DNA of 64,000 nucleotides from Pocillopora damicornis (Eukaryota): NCBI RefSeq assembly GCF_003704095.1, contig NW_020843530.1, positions 1 to 64,000 of the forward strand, read 5' to 3'. Shown piece by piece: positions 24,758 to 37,500 of this stretch (position 1 is its first letter; each line of letters starts with the position of its first letter). The notes under the pieces were generated by a model. It saw only the letters and a program-made list of their open reading frames with translations, ran no database searches and was not told where the DNA came from. The position numbers and the translations under genes were made by a program.

Positions 24758-24967
24758 ATGTTTTCAAAGATCATCACCGTTTTGTTTGCTGCTAATGTTA
24801 TCTCTGCTGCGAACGGATTCATTGATTCCAAGTTACGGGTGCTCGAACCAATCTTAAAGTGTTATGAGGGAAACGCCCCTGAATTTGCCGGCGAGAAGGC
24901 AATGGCAGCACGCCTCAATCTCGATTCAGACGCCGACGACCTTGAATTGTCGTGCCGAGTAATTGGG
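24758..24967 (+). CDS. Exon 1 of a secreted protein of unknown function (signal peptide)
   Basis: ACCATG start; MFSKIITVLFAANVISAANG is signal-like; ends ..LSCRVIG|GTAAGT, phase 0. Confidence 0.8.
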
Positions 24968-25047
24968 GTAAGTTCACAGGGAAAAGGAAATTGATGCTAG
25001 GCAAACTAAACCAAGATATATTTGAACGAGACTAAAATTAACTCATT

Positions 25048-25093
25048 CATCCATCCATCCATCCATCCATCCATCCATCCATCCATCCATCCA
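25048..25093 (+). repeat. (CATC)n microsatellite
   Basis: Directly visible. Confidence 0.95.
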
Positions 25094-26270
25094 TATGAAA
25101 TACGAAAAATCCATGGGAGCTTTTAAACAAAAATTAGAATCTCTCCATCTTTCTTTCATAACACTTAACTTGTAATATTCCTTTTTACATACTACATTTT
25201 CATATCTAATATATTGATGTAAACTTGTACATAATATTTTAAAAAACTTAATTGTAATTATTATAGTTCACGGCTTTTGGGAAGAACAAAGGAGCAATAT
25301 ATTGTAATTTTTGATCAAAGTTGCNNNNNNNNNNNNNNNNNNNNNNNNNNNNNNNNNNNNNNNNNNNNNNNNNNNNNNNNNNNNNNNNNNNNNNNNNNNN
25401 NNNNNNNNNNNNNNNNNNNNNNNNNNNNNNNNNNNNNNNNNNNNNNNNNNNNNNNNNNNNNNNNNNNNNNNNNNNNNNNNNNNNNNNNNNNNNNNNNNNN
25501 NNNNNNNNNNNNNNNNNNNNNNNNNNNNNNNNNNNNNNNNNNNNNNNNNNNNNNNNNNNNNNNNNNNNNNNNNNNNNNNNNNNNNNNNNNNNNNNNNNNN
25601 NNNNTGGCATTTATTCACCCACACTGCTCACTCACATATACATATTTAATGTTCTAGAAGAGAAAAGAGATCCTAAAATCAAAATGTAATTGACGAATTT
25701 TTCTTTTAGTTTGCTTTCATACCTAACATGTTAGAAGTTATTGTGCGATCTTTTAGTTAATTATTTATTCTAGTAGACATCATAACCTTTATTGTAATAG
25801 ATCAATACCTCCCTTTCGGGGGTAAGGCGCAATAAAGATTTTCTGTTACTNNNNNNNNNNNNNNNNNNNNNNNNNNNNNNNNNNNNNNNNNNNNNNNNNN
25901 NNNNNNNNNNNNNNNNNNNNNNNNNNNNNNNNNNNNNNNNNNNNNNNNNNNNNNNNNNNNNNNNNNNNNNNNNNNNNNNNNNNNNNNNNNNNNNNNNNNN
26001 NNNNNNNNNNNNNNNNNNNNNNNNNNNNNNNNNNNNNNNNNNNNNNNNNNNNNNNNNNNNNNNNNNNNNNNNNNNNNNNNNNNNNNNNNNNNNNNNNNNN
26101 NNNNNNNNNNNNNNNNNNNNNNNNNNNNNNNNNACCCAGCCAACTACGTACTCATTTAACCACTCACTCGCTCACTTACCAGGAGCCTAATGACCTACTC
26201 ATTTATATATTTATTTATTTATTTAATGACGTAAAGTTCTTAGTTCCTTTTCTTTGCTTCATTTTATCAG

Positions 26271-26439
26271 GATTATGATACATGCTTGGCAGACGTTCTC
26301 GAGAAAACTCCATCTCCAGTCCCAAAAGTTTTTCTGTTCTATGGTGCTGAGGCTTATCAGACCTCTTATCTTCTCAAGAAAGCAAATCTTTGTCCAGGGA
26401 TAAAGTACGATAACCTCAAGAGAATTGTGTTGAACTCAG
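26271..26439 (+). CDS. Exon 2 of the secreted protein
   Basis: Polypyrimidine tract and CAG acceptor; DYDTCLADVLEKTPSPVPKVFLFYGAEAYQTSYLLKKANLCPGIKYDNLKRIVLNS-G|GTAAGT; phase 0 to 1. Confidence 0.8.
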
Positions 26440-26615
26440 GTAAGTATGGTTTTTTTTAAATACAAAAATAGGATGAATGAATTTTTCAGTAGATTAATTC
26501 GAATGGTTGCGTCACCTTGCACTGATTAATAAACAGCAACGCAGGAAAGTACTGCTCTAAAGCTTTCATTTGAATAGTCACACATAAAGATTTCTTCCAC
26601 AGATTCAAAAGTTAA

Positions 26616-26989
26616 CCCTCGGACGTACAAGCTAACTGAAAGCCCCACCGCGGTTATTCAGGCAGAGCGAAATAAATTTACACTGATTAGATACCCCTGA
26701 GCTTGCTCTACCTGATGATATCATTTTTCTTGGCAATGACGTCATTTGACTCGTCATCTTGGATTTCACAATCTTTTGGAAAAAGTTAACATTTGGGGAA
26801 TTAACACAAAATCAAGCTAGAATGCTTGTGAAACGTACAAATTCACGAATTTCTGTTATTTGATGAAGAAACGTGGAAAAAAACTTAGGAATATATAATA
26901 TCTAACTTAGGTATCTAATCAGTGTAAGTTTATTTCGCTCTGCCTGAATAACCGCGGTGGGGCTTTCAGTTAGCTTGTACGTCCGATGG
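26616..26989. mobile_element. MITE with 80-bp TIRs and TTAA target-site duplication (piggyBac-like)
   Basis: Arms 26616-26695 and 26910-26989 are reverse complements with 2 mismatches; TTAA at 26612-26615 and 26990-26993. Confidence 0.9.
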
Positions 26990-27351
26990 TTAAAAAAAGC
27001 TGATTTTGGTCAGATCTGCGTGGAATTTGATGTTTGCCATGACAACGTCAAAAGTGATGGACACAATTGACATATCAAAATTTCTGCATAGAATGAAGGA
27101 ACAGCTACTGAAACTTTCAGCTCCTTAGAGTAAATCGTCTTTTCAAAACTTTTAAGATTTCTTGTAGTTGGACATGAGCTTTGTAGTGTTTTTGTAACTG
27201 GATGTGACCACATGGTTTTTGGAAAAAATGTAACTAAGTATAGAGTTGTTGGTGGACAAACCTTGGACATTAAACAGATGTCAAAGTGTTTCCCGGTGTA
27301 AGTAAATTGGATTTGGGAGCCGCGGGAACAAGCATAATAATAACACATATT

Positions 27352-27710
27352 TATATATACCACACGAGTGAATAGTGTTTTTCGCGCATTCTGATTGGCT
27401 AGCTCGGAAGTGATAAGCAAATACGATTGGCTTCTAAGCAAACGGAGAAAAATGAACTCAAGCAGTTTAAGGTTTAAGCTGTTTGATCTTTCCAAACTCA
27501 AATCTTAAAGCATAAAAAAAGTACAATACCTTGTTTACGTGAACTGTCGAGCACTTTATAAGTATAAAAGCTGAAACATTTATTGTTGTAAAGCATGGTT
27601 TCAACAGCAAGACGAATTTAAAACACCACTTGAAGAAATGTCACCTGGACAATTAATCATTTCCTTCCTAAAAGTGACTTATAGCTTTTACTCTGTCTAA
27701 CGCCAGACGC

Positions 27711-27742
<32 letters not shown>

Positions 27743-27758
27743 TTGTCTAACGCCAGAC

Positions 27759-27814
<56 letters not shown>

Positions 27815-28158
27815 TCTCGTCAAAGGGAGGCCGCTAAAAGGGTTAAAGGCTTAAGTAGGTGCCTTCAGAAGTTTTATTTATCCGTAAGAAAGCGAGACGG
27901 AAACTTTTACAATAACAAATCGCTTACAGCGAAGGAGCATCGCGTGGTGCGATTTTCATGATTTTCTGATGTGCACTTGTCGCTCGTTTTGGAAAAAAAG
28001 CAAATTTTCAATCGGCTGATCATTCAACTTGTGTGGCATATACTACAACAATTATTTACCTGAGTGTCAGTAAAAATGGTGGATATTTACCTCACCGCTT
28101 CACGGGTGGGTAAATATCCACTACTAATCACCCACATTGAGGTGAATAATTGTTAAAT
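27352..28158 (+). mobile_element. Crypton-like relic retaining a fragment of the DUF3504-associated recombinase region
   Basis: WFQQQDEFKTPLEEMSPGQL[insert]SRCLQKFYLSVRKRDGNFYNNKSLTA; inverted repeats at ~27356 and ~28022-28043; terminal palindrome ~28047-28154. Confidence 0.65.
27657..27850. mobile_element. Small TTAA-flanked element containing 5 x 25-bp tandem repeat (ttttactctgtctaacgccagacga, 27686-27810)
   Basis: TTAA at 27653-27656 and 27851-27854; removing the insert restores the surrounding reading frame. Confidence 0.85.
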
Positions 28159-28251
28159 AAAACTGGGTTAAAATCAGTTGTTTCTGCTCGATATACCGCT
28201 GTTCCCGTCCTTTTCCCACGAAGTTGGGTTCACGTTTACTTTATTTCGTAG

Positions 28252-28284
28252 GTATAATGAAGAAAGAAGGGCTCTCAAACATTG
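28252..28284 (+). CDS. Exon 3 (33-nt micro-exon) of the secreted protein
   Basis: tttactttatttcgtAG|GTATAATGAAGAAAGAAGGGCTCTCAAACATTG|GTGAGT; phase 1-1; encodes (G)IMKKEGLSNI. Confidence 0.7.
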
Positions 28285-30142
28285 GTGAGTAATAACGTAA
28301 ATTTTTCCTTAAAAATAAGTTTATCTGGACAAAAATGCAAATTTTGAGAATAAAGGAAGTGATTGAAAATTATCGCGAAATATCTGAGAATAGTTAGATT
28401 TTTTCCATGACAAAGTGACGCGATATCCTTATTCAAACGCCAGTTTTTAAGCATCAAGATGAGTGTGTCAAACAAGGTTCCAAATAGGGAGGCTCGGAAC
28501 AGTCTTTTTGGCCATGATTGGAGGGTACCTTTTGAAATAAAACGTTCCAATAGAAGACACGCCTGGATTTATTTTGACAAAATACTGTAAATCCTCTAAT
28601 TTTCCCTTCCGGGACTTAATTATTTTAAGCACGTTTAAGGGGGGAATTCATAGAGAGAGGGTGGCTTATTTGAAAGGGGGCCTTATTTGATTTAGCGAAA
28701 CGCATTACCGGTAGCAAATCAAAGTGCTCTGTGAGCAAACTCGTGAATTGACAGATGACTTACATGATTTTTTGGATTATGTTTAATATTATCTGGTTTA
28801 GGGATTTTTGTGGGTGATTGTCATATTTAGAGTACGAAGCAGTAGTTCAGTGTTCGCTAATGTAGCAAAGAAACAAAGTAACGTTGGGACAAGAAGGCAT
28901 TACAATTAAATTGATCATGCTATTACATTTGACAAGGGTGAATAATGTAATGTGTTTTAAACATATATCATTTTTGTTTCTGGTTCAAAAGAAAAGGTTG
29001 GAGGTGAAAAGTGAAATTTACTGTCTATCATTATAAATGTTGGAAAATCAAGGCAATACTGTCTTACTGATAACACTAATGATTCCCTCTTTATCAAATG
29101 AGACAAACGAGTTTTAAGTGATATAACTAAGCCCAGACTGCCACCGTCATTTTAGATTTCCATCTGGGTAGATTTTGGTCACGTGCTAGGCAACGTATAA
29201 TCAATAACAAGATAGAATTTCATTTCAGGCCTATTTATCAATTTTGTGGTTTATAACTTTCGCATTTTAGTACGTAATATTTATTTGAATCTTCAAATCG
29301 TCTTGAAACTCAAAAGAAAATTGTTCTTTAAAAATTCACTGAAAATCGGTAGCCAAAATTATTTGTTTAGGTGTTATTTGATTTTCGTGTTAACCTGTAA
29401 TTTCGTCAGTTGCCGGCACCTTTTGTTGCTTCACACACTAAAAACACACGATACGAAATGTAATGATCAATTTTGTCTCCAATCTCACGCCATAACTGAA
29501 AAGCTTTGAACACCTGTAAACTCCGAGCGCTTCGGAGTAAGTGATATTTTTAATGTATCTTCGGATTGTTTTCACGTTCAAGGATTGTAAATTACAATTT
29601 TATGAAAAACGAAGGTTGTCCTTTTATTTCAGTGTGAATCCTCGCATGCTTGCCAGTCGCTGGCGCAGCTTGTTGAAACTAAAACGCAAAAAATAATCTC
29701 TTTTAAGATTATCATTGGCTTCTTTGTCACCCCACCACTATTCTTAGCAACAAAGGTCGCCATTTCGTTTATTTACTACTCGCCAAAAACTATCAAATGC
29801 ACTCAAAAGCCTAAAATCGAAAAAAAGTTTACAGGAATCGACCGAGCGAGTGCCATTCTCCACGTCGTATCTACAAATCGCTCTTGCGCATGCGCGCAAT
29901 TCACGAGTTAAAAAAGGAGGAAGAAACAGACTTGAGTTACGCTTCCCGACTTCCTGTTTTGGACTAGGACAATGACTATCTCATATGGAGAACTGAGTAA
30001 TATTATGCGAGTTGTGCAAGTTATTTTTAACAAAATCCGTGAATAAACCATACCGGATCAGTCCACATGAAGTGGTTAATAACTTTCTTCCTCTGAAAAA
30101 GGGGCTCATTTGAGAGGGGGCTTATTTGAGAGAGGGGAGCTG

Positions 30143-31070
30143 AAGGACAGTGCCTCCTATTGTTAGTGCACCACACAACCATACTGCCTCGCGTGCTTAC
30201 TAGCTTTGATGATTAGTTACCGTATTTTTTGTGAGCTCTTGATTTAGCGAATAGCTTTACAAGATTGACAACAGGCTGTCTACACCAAAAAACCGTCAAA
30301 AAAAGCGTTATTGTGGTGTGTTTTATGAAATCATGCTGAACCAAGGAAAAGCAAGTGAAGTGAAGTGGCAAATACTATAGGCTTCAAATTCAAAGGAATC
30401 GCTTAAAACAAGTTATATTTTGTACCGAACGATGTAATACACAAAAATCCGTTTCGGTTTTATTCTTTTATTTTATTGCTGTCGACAATAATAAAAGGAA
30501 AGATGTTTTCGTCGAACGTAAGATAACTTACCGGATACCCCAGCATACTCAAGGAAAACATGCAAACATTTAACTTACTAGAGAAGGGGTAGTGCAAAAA
30601 TTTTCTGGAGCACCAAAAACTTGCCTTAAAATTAGAAAATAACCAATATAGTTTTAAAAAACGCGTGGTTACCCCCACGTTTTCCTTTACAAAACGGAAG
30701 TAATAAGCCTACTCAACAAATAGTGATTTTGTCGTACTTCGAAAAATATATTTCGACTGTTTTTTGCTTACCTAGAAGAGAGCAGCCAGGGCAAAAAACG
30801 GCTCCATTGCAATGACTTTGTAATAAATACCACATAAAAATTAGTTTTTATATCACCAATTGTGATGTATTTCAAAGCTCGTGGTTTGTTGTTGCCTTGG
30901 TGTATGTAAACGGAAATTCTAAGGAAATGCTCAAAGAAATATTTCTTTTCTTTTTTTCGAAAATTTTCCAATTTTCTTTTAAATTTTCAATAGCCCTTAC
31001 CAAGATCCACCTTTTTGCATAGTGATAAACCGCGACAATATATCTTCGTATTAGGAGGCACCGTCCCTAA
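30143..31070. mobile_element. Non-autonomous DNA transposon with short TIRs (possibly Kolobok-like)
   Basis: aaggacagtgcctcctat at ~30143 and attaggaggcaccgtccct at ~31050-31068 are near reverse complements. Confidence 0.5.
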
Positions 31071-31305
31071 GAGAGGACTTAAGGTAACAACTTTTCGACG
31101 CATGACTGAAGTTTAGTTTTTTATTGATTTCCAAGTAACAGTTTTTAGCATAGCAACGTTGGCGCATTAAAACAAGTTGATTGTCTTGAAATCCAGTCTG
31201 AATCTAGGGACGGTATTCTTGTTGCAGGGTCTGAGAGTACGCCGGAGAATACGCCATAAAGAATCTTGAAAATAAAAAGTAGTAACATATTTATCCACTT
31301 TGCAG

Positions 31306-31559
31306 AGAATGATCGCTATCACAAATGCGCTGGAGATGCCATGAAGAAGTGCTTGTTTGAAAGCATGCAAGTGTCCGAGCATGAGCAGGGAGACCCTGAC
31401 GCAGGCGATGACGCAGATGATGCGTATATTCGTTGCATAGAAGAACAGACAAAGACCTGCAATCACCCCATCATGCGCCACTTATTTGAAGAGATAAAAG
31501 CGTACAAGAAACATGTCAAGCAGTTGGAAATGCTTGAATCAGAAGAGCAACAGGGGTAG
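31306..31559 (+). CDS. Exon 4 (terminal) of the secreted protein
   Basis: ccactttgcAG acceptor, phase 1; (E)NDRYHKCAGDAMKKCLFESMQ..DPDAGDDADDAYIRCIEEQTKTCNHP..EEQQG*. Exons total 210+169+33+254 = 666 nt = 221 aa plus stop. Confidence 0.75.
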
Positions 31560-33504
31560 AAATTTCGAGCCTTTGAATCGCCACTTTCATGATCATGTAA
31601 CTGCAATCACCGTAGAAGAAAATAGAGCAAGTTTACAACACATTCGATTTTTGTCGCATTGATAATTAACAAGACTTGGAAATAACTGAATTTATGCACT
31701 CTTAAGACGAAACTTGAACATCCTTGCGATAACAACACCCTGCGAATCAATCTTTGAAGACGGCGTGCTCGAACTCCAGCTCCTCCTCTGGGGGCCGAGT
31801 GGGGGAAAAATGTTCATTAAATACACTACCATAAAGTCTCCTGAGACAACGTTTAGCTTCATTCCGTAGCCATTCATGCTTTTCGGTGAGCGATGCTAGT
31901 TAATTATACCTTTCAAACTATTAAAATCTATTTTTCAACACATTGTGGCAATGTCTAAATATGGTCATGGCTCTCTTAATATTCGTCGTGCGTACCCAAC
32001 AGATATCCTGCGATATACGTCATTTCGTGTGTCGTGGATAAAAATGGCGGATTTTTCAGCTTTTCTGCAAATTGACAAACTCGATAAATTGTACTTTGTG
32101 ATCAATGTGTTGAGTAATGAAACAGATCTCCTGCTCAATCCTGCGGATACCCTCTGAAGTACGTCTGCCGGTCAGTCTTGTTTGAAATTCTTGCCAGTCT
32201 CCCCGATGAAGGAGGTATGGCGGTCGGAGCACTTGATCTTGTTGAAAAATGGCGTAGCGGAGCGATCGGTACATTTGAAAAACATATTAACCAACCTGAA
32301 CAACCTAACATTATCAACTGAAAAAAAATGACCAATCACTACCAACTTACGCCACTTGAATCTTACAGCAAAACTGACCAATCAGCTCACGACAACCGTA
32401 CTTTCAGCACTTGACTGACAACAACTTTTCACTTGACTCATATAATGACTTCCGCTAAGATTGTGGAAAGGTCAGTTACTTATACTGGCAGCGTTCAGCC
32501 ATTGCTTTTCCCTCTCGAATCACTAGAGAAACACTAGAATCACTAAAGACCAGCAAGATTCAGAGGGAAAAATGCTAAAGCAAGGCGAAGAAGGCGAAGA
32601 AGCATTACTTAGGTGAAGAAAGCTGTAGTGTTTGTCCCTATTTGGAATGATAAATACCTCAGCTGGATTCTAGCACACCCTTAACCACAGTCACGTGATT
32701 ATGCTTACATATCATTGTATATAATTAAGTTCATTGTATTCAGCACATGTTCTGATTAACACATTACTCTATAGTAGTATATCGAACCCTAATACACAAC
32801 GACTGGCGACGAGAATGGGATTTCTTGGAACGATTGAGCTTTTAATTTATCGCTAAAAGCAATGAAGCCAAAGAGAGCGTGTTTCCATTGAGGCGAGGAC
32901 CACATCCCGCAAAAATGCCGTTCAAAGAAGAATTATGTCGGAATTGTAAATCAAAAGGGCATATCACCAAAGTCTGTAAGAAAAAAGCACGCGTATCCTC
33001 AGATGGTTACGTCCATAGATCACGTCCGAATCAAGGTGGGAGAAGACAACCAGTTCGGTACGCGGAAGACAACGCCCTTCCAAATGAGCCAAACGACGAC
33101 CTCAGACTATTTCACATTCATTAGGAAAGCCTGAGCTATCAATCATGGTTCCTGTAAAGGTGAATGGTGAAAACTTTTCGATGGAGTTGGATACTGGTAC
33201 TTCAGTTTCAATCATGTTCGAGGAGGCGTGGAGAAGATGGTCTCCAAAAGTCCCAAATTAAGTTGAAGACTTACACAGGAGAAGCCCTCGAAATTATTGG
33301 ACAAGTTCGGGTTGAAGTAACTTATCAAGATCAATTAAAGGAAAAAAATGAATGGTTCATTAGACCACCAACTGACCATCATGTGTTGAATAATGTAGCT
33401 CAATGGTTCAATTTGACTCTTGCGTGGAAAAAGGCAACATGTCGAGACCTGTGATCGTGAAATGGGATAACATATCATTGGTCAGTCGATATCTTGCTCT
33501 GCAA

Positions 33505-34000
33505 GTCACATTATCATATAGCTAGCAGCGCACGCGGGCAAGATGAAGTGAATCCTGTGTTCTGATTGGCTACCTGAGCGGGCATGATGGGCCCACCCTC
33601 GCCCGTTCGGGATCCCCCGTATTGATCCCACGCAAGAAAACTTACAAAGTTCGTAACTTTTGGACAATGTTTTCATATATACATATAAAAAATAAACGAC
33701 CCTCTTGGGTTTATTGTGCTGCAAACACAGTTGGCTTTCACTATCGGCTCTCGAAATAAACAGGCCATTCTTGATTCTTATCAAAGCGAAATCTTTTGCT
33801 ATACAATGAATCCTTTAATGATTAAGCCAAGAGAATATAAACTCTCTTGTATGGTCAAGATTACTGGATATTAGACTCGTTCTTTTTCTACTTTTTTATG
33901 GACTGTGACTTCGTCTCAGTCCATAAAAACGCAAAAAAGAAAAAGAACTCGGCCAATATATAGCCATTTTGACCTCACGTTCGGTCAATAACGCATATGA
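33505..34000. mobile_element. Crypton-like non-autonomous repeat nested in the Gypsy element
   Basis: Shares the subterminal TTCTGATTGGCTA motif with 27352-28158 and has a palindromic end region (~33850-33995). Confidence 0.4.
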
Positions 34001-34440
34001 ATATATTTTATGCAAACCCGTACAAATCTGGCAAGGGAAGACAGTACAAAAAATGCCCTTCTGAGCCCAGAATTTGTCTAACGTATACATCGGTGGACTT
34101 CTTTTTCCTCGTAATTTGGTTCATCAAGTGTTAACTTCAGCACTGAGGACAGAAGTATTTCGTCAAAATCTGTTACATTTAATAGTCTGAGCCAATGATA
34201 TAGAGAGAGCTATTAGTCAACGTTACCGGTTGGATGTCAATTTGATGCCAAAAGCAAATCAGTATTAGAATAAGGTTTTGTAGCCAATGCTTCTCAACCT
34301 ACGTCTTTAACAAATAAAAAGCCGCTGATTAATATCAGTGAGCCCGCAATATTCCATAAATATTGGTCAGAGGATTCTTTGGTGCAACAGCTGTCACTTT
34401 AACATCTCAATGTTAGCGCAGTTAAACGATTGCATAGGAG

Positions 34441-34561
34441 GCTTATTACATTTAGGACCGAACGTTATTACATTTAGGGCTTTATTACATTTAGGACCAA
34501 ATGTTATTACATTTAGGACTTCATTACATTTAGGACAGTTATTACATTTAGGACTTCAACA
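34441..34561 (+). repeat. Tandem ttattacatttagg repeats (6 copies), probably subterminal repeats of a DNA transposon
   Basis: Directly visible. Confidence 0.8.
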
Positions 34562-37500
34562 CCGTCTCCTATAAAGTTCTAGTAGGAGAACAACTTTGGA
34601 AACGCCGTGTTGACCAAATGCATCAAAAGCATTTAAGCAACCAAGATGGTAAACCAGAAATTAGTGTAACACCTTCGAACGATACCGTTGACATCCAACC
34701 GGTAACGCCTCCGAAAACGGAAACCGCAGAAAACGCCACGCTAAAACCAAATAAAACTAAAGGTAGCAATGCGAACACGCACGCAGCCGCGACAGCGCAA
34801 TCTCAACCTCAACCACGCTATTCAACTCGATCGCGTAAAACACCACAATGCTTAGGATTTGATACATATTATTAAACGATAAAAATAGAACTATATTTAA
34901 TTTGAGATATTGTAAGGGTTTCCTTATATTGGTGTTGGGAAAAAGAATGGAAATATTATATTAATTTAAGCCATTCGATACAAAAATTATAATAAGACAG
35001 GTTGATCATTTCTTATTCCTTTTGGCGATCTCATCTAAGTACAATTTCTTTCACCTTTTTTCTTATTGCAGTTGTGAATTTGGTACGGAAACAGTTGCTC
35101 CGTTTCTACGGTGATTAGATCTTGTACTATTTTGTGATAAGCTATGTTTTTAATTATGTTAATTTTCTAGTTGTAAATCTCTCTGATAAAAGTTAACTGC
35201 GCACAGGAATTCCTGGAAACTCCTGCTTCTTATACTATTGATTACTTTCAGACTGGATTTTTTGGTCAAATTCTAAGTCAAATTCACGATTCCAGAATAT
35301 TTCTTAAATTTTAAGTTAACACCTTCAACATCTCTTCTTAAAAAGGTGACTCTGATTGTAAATAGCTTATGCTTTTTCATCTCCGCACTGAATTTGTAAT
35401 TATATAACTTATGCGAATAGCACGTAGTTTTCTTAGGAGCGGTACTTTGGGTACGCCCCTTCTTCTCTGCATTCTCAGTTTACTCCGTTGTTATATAACA
35501 ATCCTCTAAGGCTATTTTCTCGTAAACTATCTTTTCAAGCGTAATTTAAATTCTACCAATAGGTTAATTATAATTTTTATATCATCAATCTTGTCTTTGT
35601 TCTGGCCGATCTTAACCCTAAAATTAAGAAATTTAAGGTAGAAGATGATTTTGTGATTGCGTAAACAATTCGAAGGCGCATACTTAGTATGCAGGAACTG
35701 TCGTACGTACTCTAACGTGATTCGCTGGCTGAAACGGAGCGATCGCGATGTAAGAAGATTGACAGCTTAGAAGTGTCATCTTTGGTGTCACCTTTATAAG
35801 CTGGTGCACAGCATTTCTCAATCAGAGAATTTAGCAAAATAGAACAGTGTAGACTTATGCGAAAGGAATAAGTTGAACTGTGGTGAAAAGATCAATACTG
35901 GGCTAGTTCCCGAAAGTAAGAATTGTACTAGGAGTTCAACCAGAAAATAAAGGAGATTCTACCGAGTGTTAGAGAATAATTCTTCTAACTATATGACCAT
36001 AGTAACTGATTAGCAAGCGTTTGAAATAAGTGTGGGGGAATGTAGTGTTGTTCCTTGTTGGATGAATGCCCCAGCTGTGTTCTATTGGTAAGCACACCCC
36101 TAACCGCAGTCACGTGATTGTGCTTAGATATCACTGTACGTAATTAAGTTCATTGTATGAAGCATTTGTGTAGAGCACATGGTCTGATTCACGCACTGCT
36201 CTCTAGTAGTTTATCGAACCCTAATACACAACAAAAGCATCTTTAATGATTTTGAAATCTGAAATGATTGGTGTTTTGTACAACGATGAAATTCACCACT
36301 GTTTTGCATCATTTTTCTTGAGATTTAAAAGCGCAGTATAACTAGCTGTATGGCAGCTCTGATTATTATAGCTATTCGAAGATGGTATTCCGGTTTGAGT
36401 ATTCAATAGACATAATTTTACCGGGTTCAGTGAGATCGTTTGTTTTAAATCTACAGTTACCTCTAAATAATCATAGATTTCCGAGAACCGGTACTTTAGT
36501 AAACGTCTGAGTGCACATTTGGTAGAAATTCATTGTGTCAGTACTTAATTGGTTTATCGAAATTTCACGATAATGTCAAATTTGTCACTACCCTACATCA
36601 CTTAAGGGCATAACTTCTTGGTGTTGGAAAACAACTTTAAGTGCCCAGAAGCTCAGCGTGTTCGAGGTTACCTTCGTCTGTCATTTCTGAATAGATTTTT
36701 CATTTTAGCGCAGATCAGTTTTGCACATTGGAACAAACTAGTTAGGTAATGAGGAGGATAGACTTAAAAAACTTAAAGTACCCATAAATGCCATACAGAG
36801 TAATGAAAAAAATTGTAATTAGGAGCGCCCTGAAACTGTTTCCAATTAGAGCCCGATGATTTCCGAAGGTAAATATCAGAATTCAAAGTCCGATGATTTT
36901 GAAAACGATCGATCCACCGAAAAAATGAAAGCCAGCACCTTGAATAGGATTTGATTTCAAAAGTTGTGAACATTAACTACAGCGTTGGGTGAACATTTTG
37001 AAAACACCGTGGAATGAAAAGCCAATGTCATTAAAATTATCCTATGGGACTGATTTTAGTTCTCAATTTTCGTTCACCCGCCAATTTTGGAAAACTAGTG
37101 AAGCTCAAAAGTGAGAGATTGAATGTCTATGTAGCAACTATACTGAGAATGTATAAAAATGAAAAGCCGATTTATGTAGCCATCTTGAGTGAGGGCTTTG
37201 CAGCTTACTTTACCTTGTTCCTTAAGTTACCGTTCTTTGACTTTTTTTTTTGTTTCATAATGTTTGCATTCGTTGTAGTCGTGAGCAAGAGAATATAAAC
37301 AATTTATATTCTCTCGTCGTTAGTGATGTAATGTGCGTTTTCTCTGGAGGAGACCGATTCGGTAAAGGTTGCTTCAAACTGAGCTAAGTGTTTCATTCCA
37401 CGCGGTCTTTGTTTTCCTGAAATCACGAAAACTGAACAAATTAAAAGGGTAATCAGGACTCAAACGGACCTGCTGCCCTTGTCAAGTTCCTCAATTTTAT

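Larger units (their letters stand above)
32624..36233 (+). mobile_element. Internally deleted Gypsy LTR retrotransposon
   Basis: 5' LTR 32624-32801 and 3' LTR 36041-36233 (TG..CA); PBS TGGCGACGAG at 32804; purine-rich tract before 36041; TSD AAAGC at 32619-32623 and 36234-36238; gag knuckle CRNCKSKGHITKVC; protease ELDTGTSVS; integrase tail SYKVLVGEQLWKRRVDQM. Confidence 0.9.

Noticed and set aside
25248-26143. Several ORFs made mostly of X
   Set aside because: Artefacts of reading through N gaps; the same applies to the gap-spanning parts of ORFs at 805-1137, 6636-7193 and 43208-43495.
27686-27810. Five 25-bp direct repeats that look like a CRISPR array
   Set aside because: The repeats abut with no spacers, there are no cas genes, the context is a eukaryotic intron, and they lie inside a TTAA-flanked element.
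32400-32480. Hammerhead ribozyme in Penelope-type terminal repeats (also 1620-1690 and 19480-19500)
   Set aside because: The CTGANGA and GAAA core motifs are not intact in these copies.
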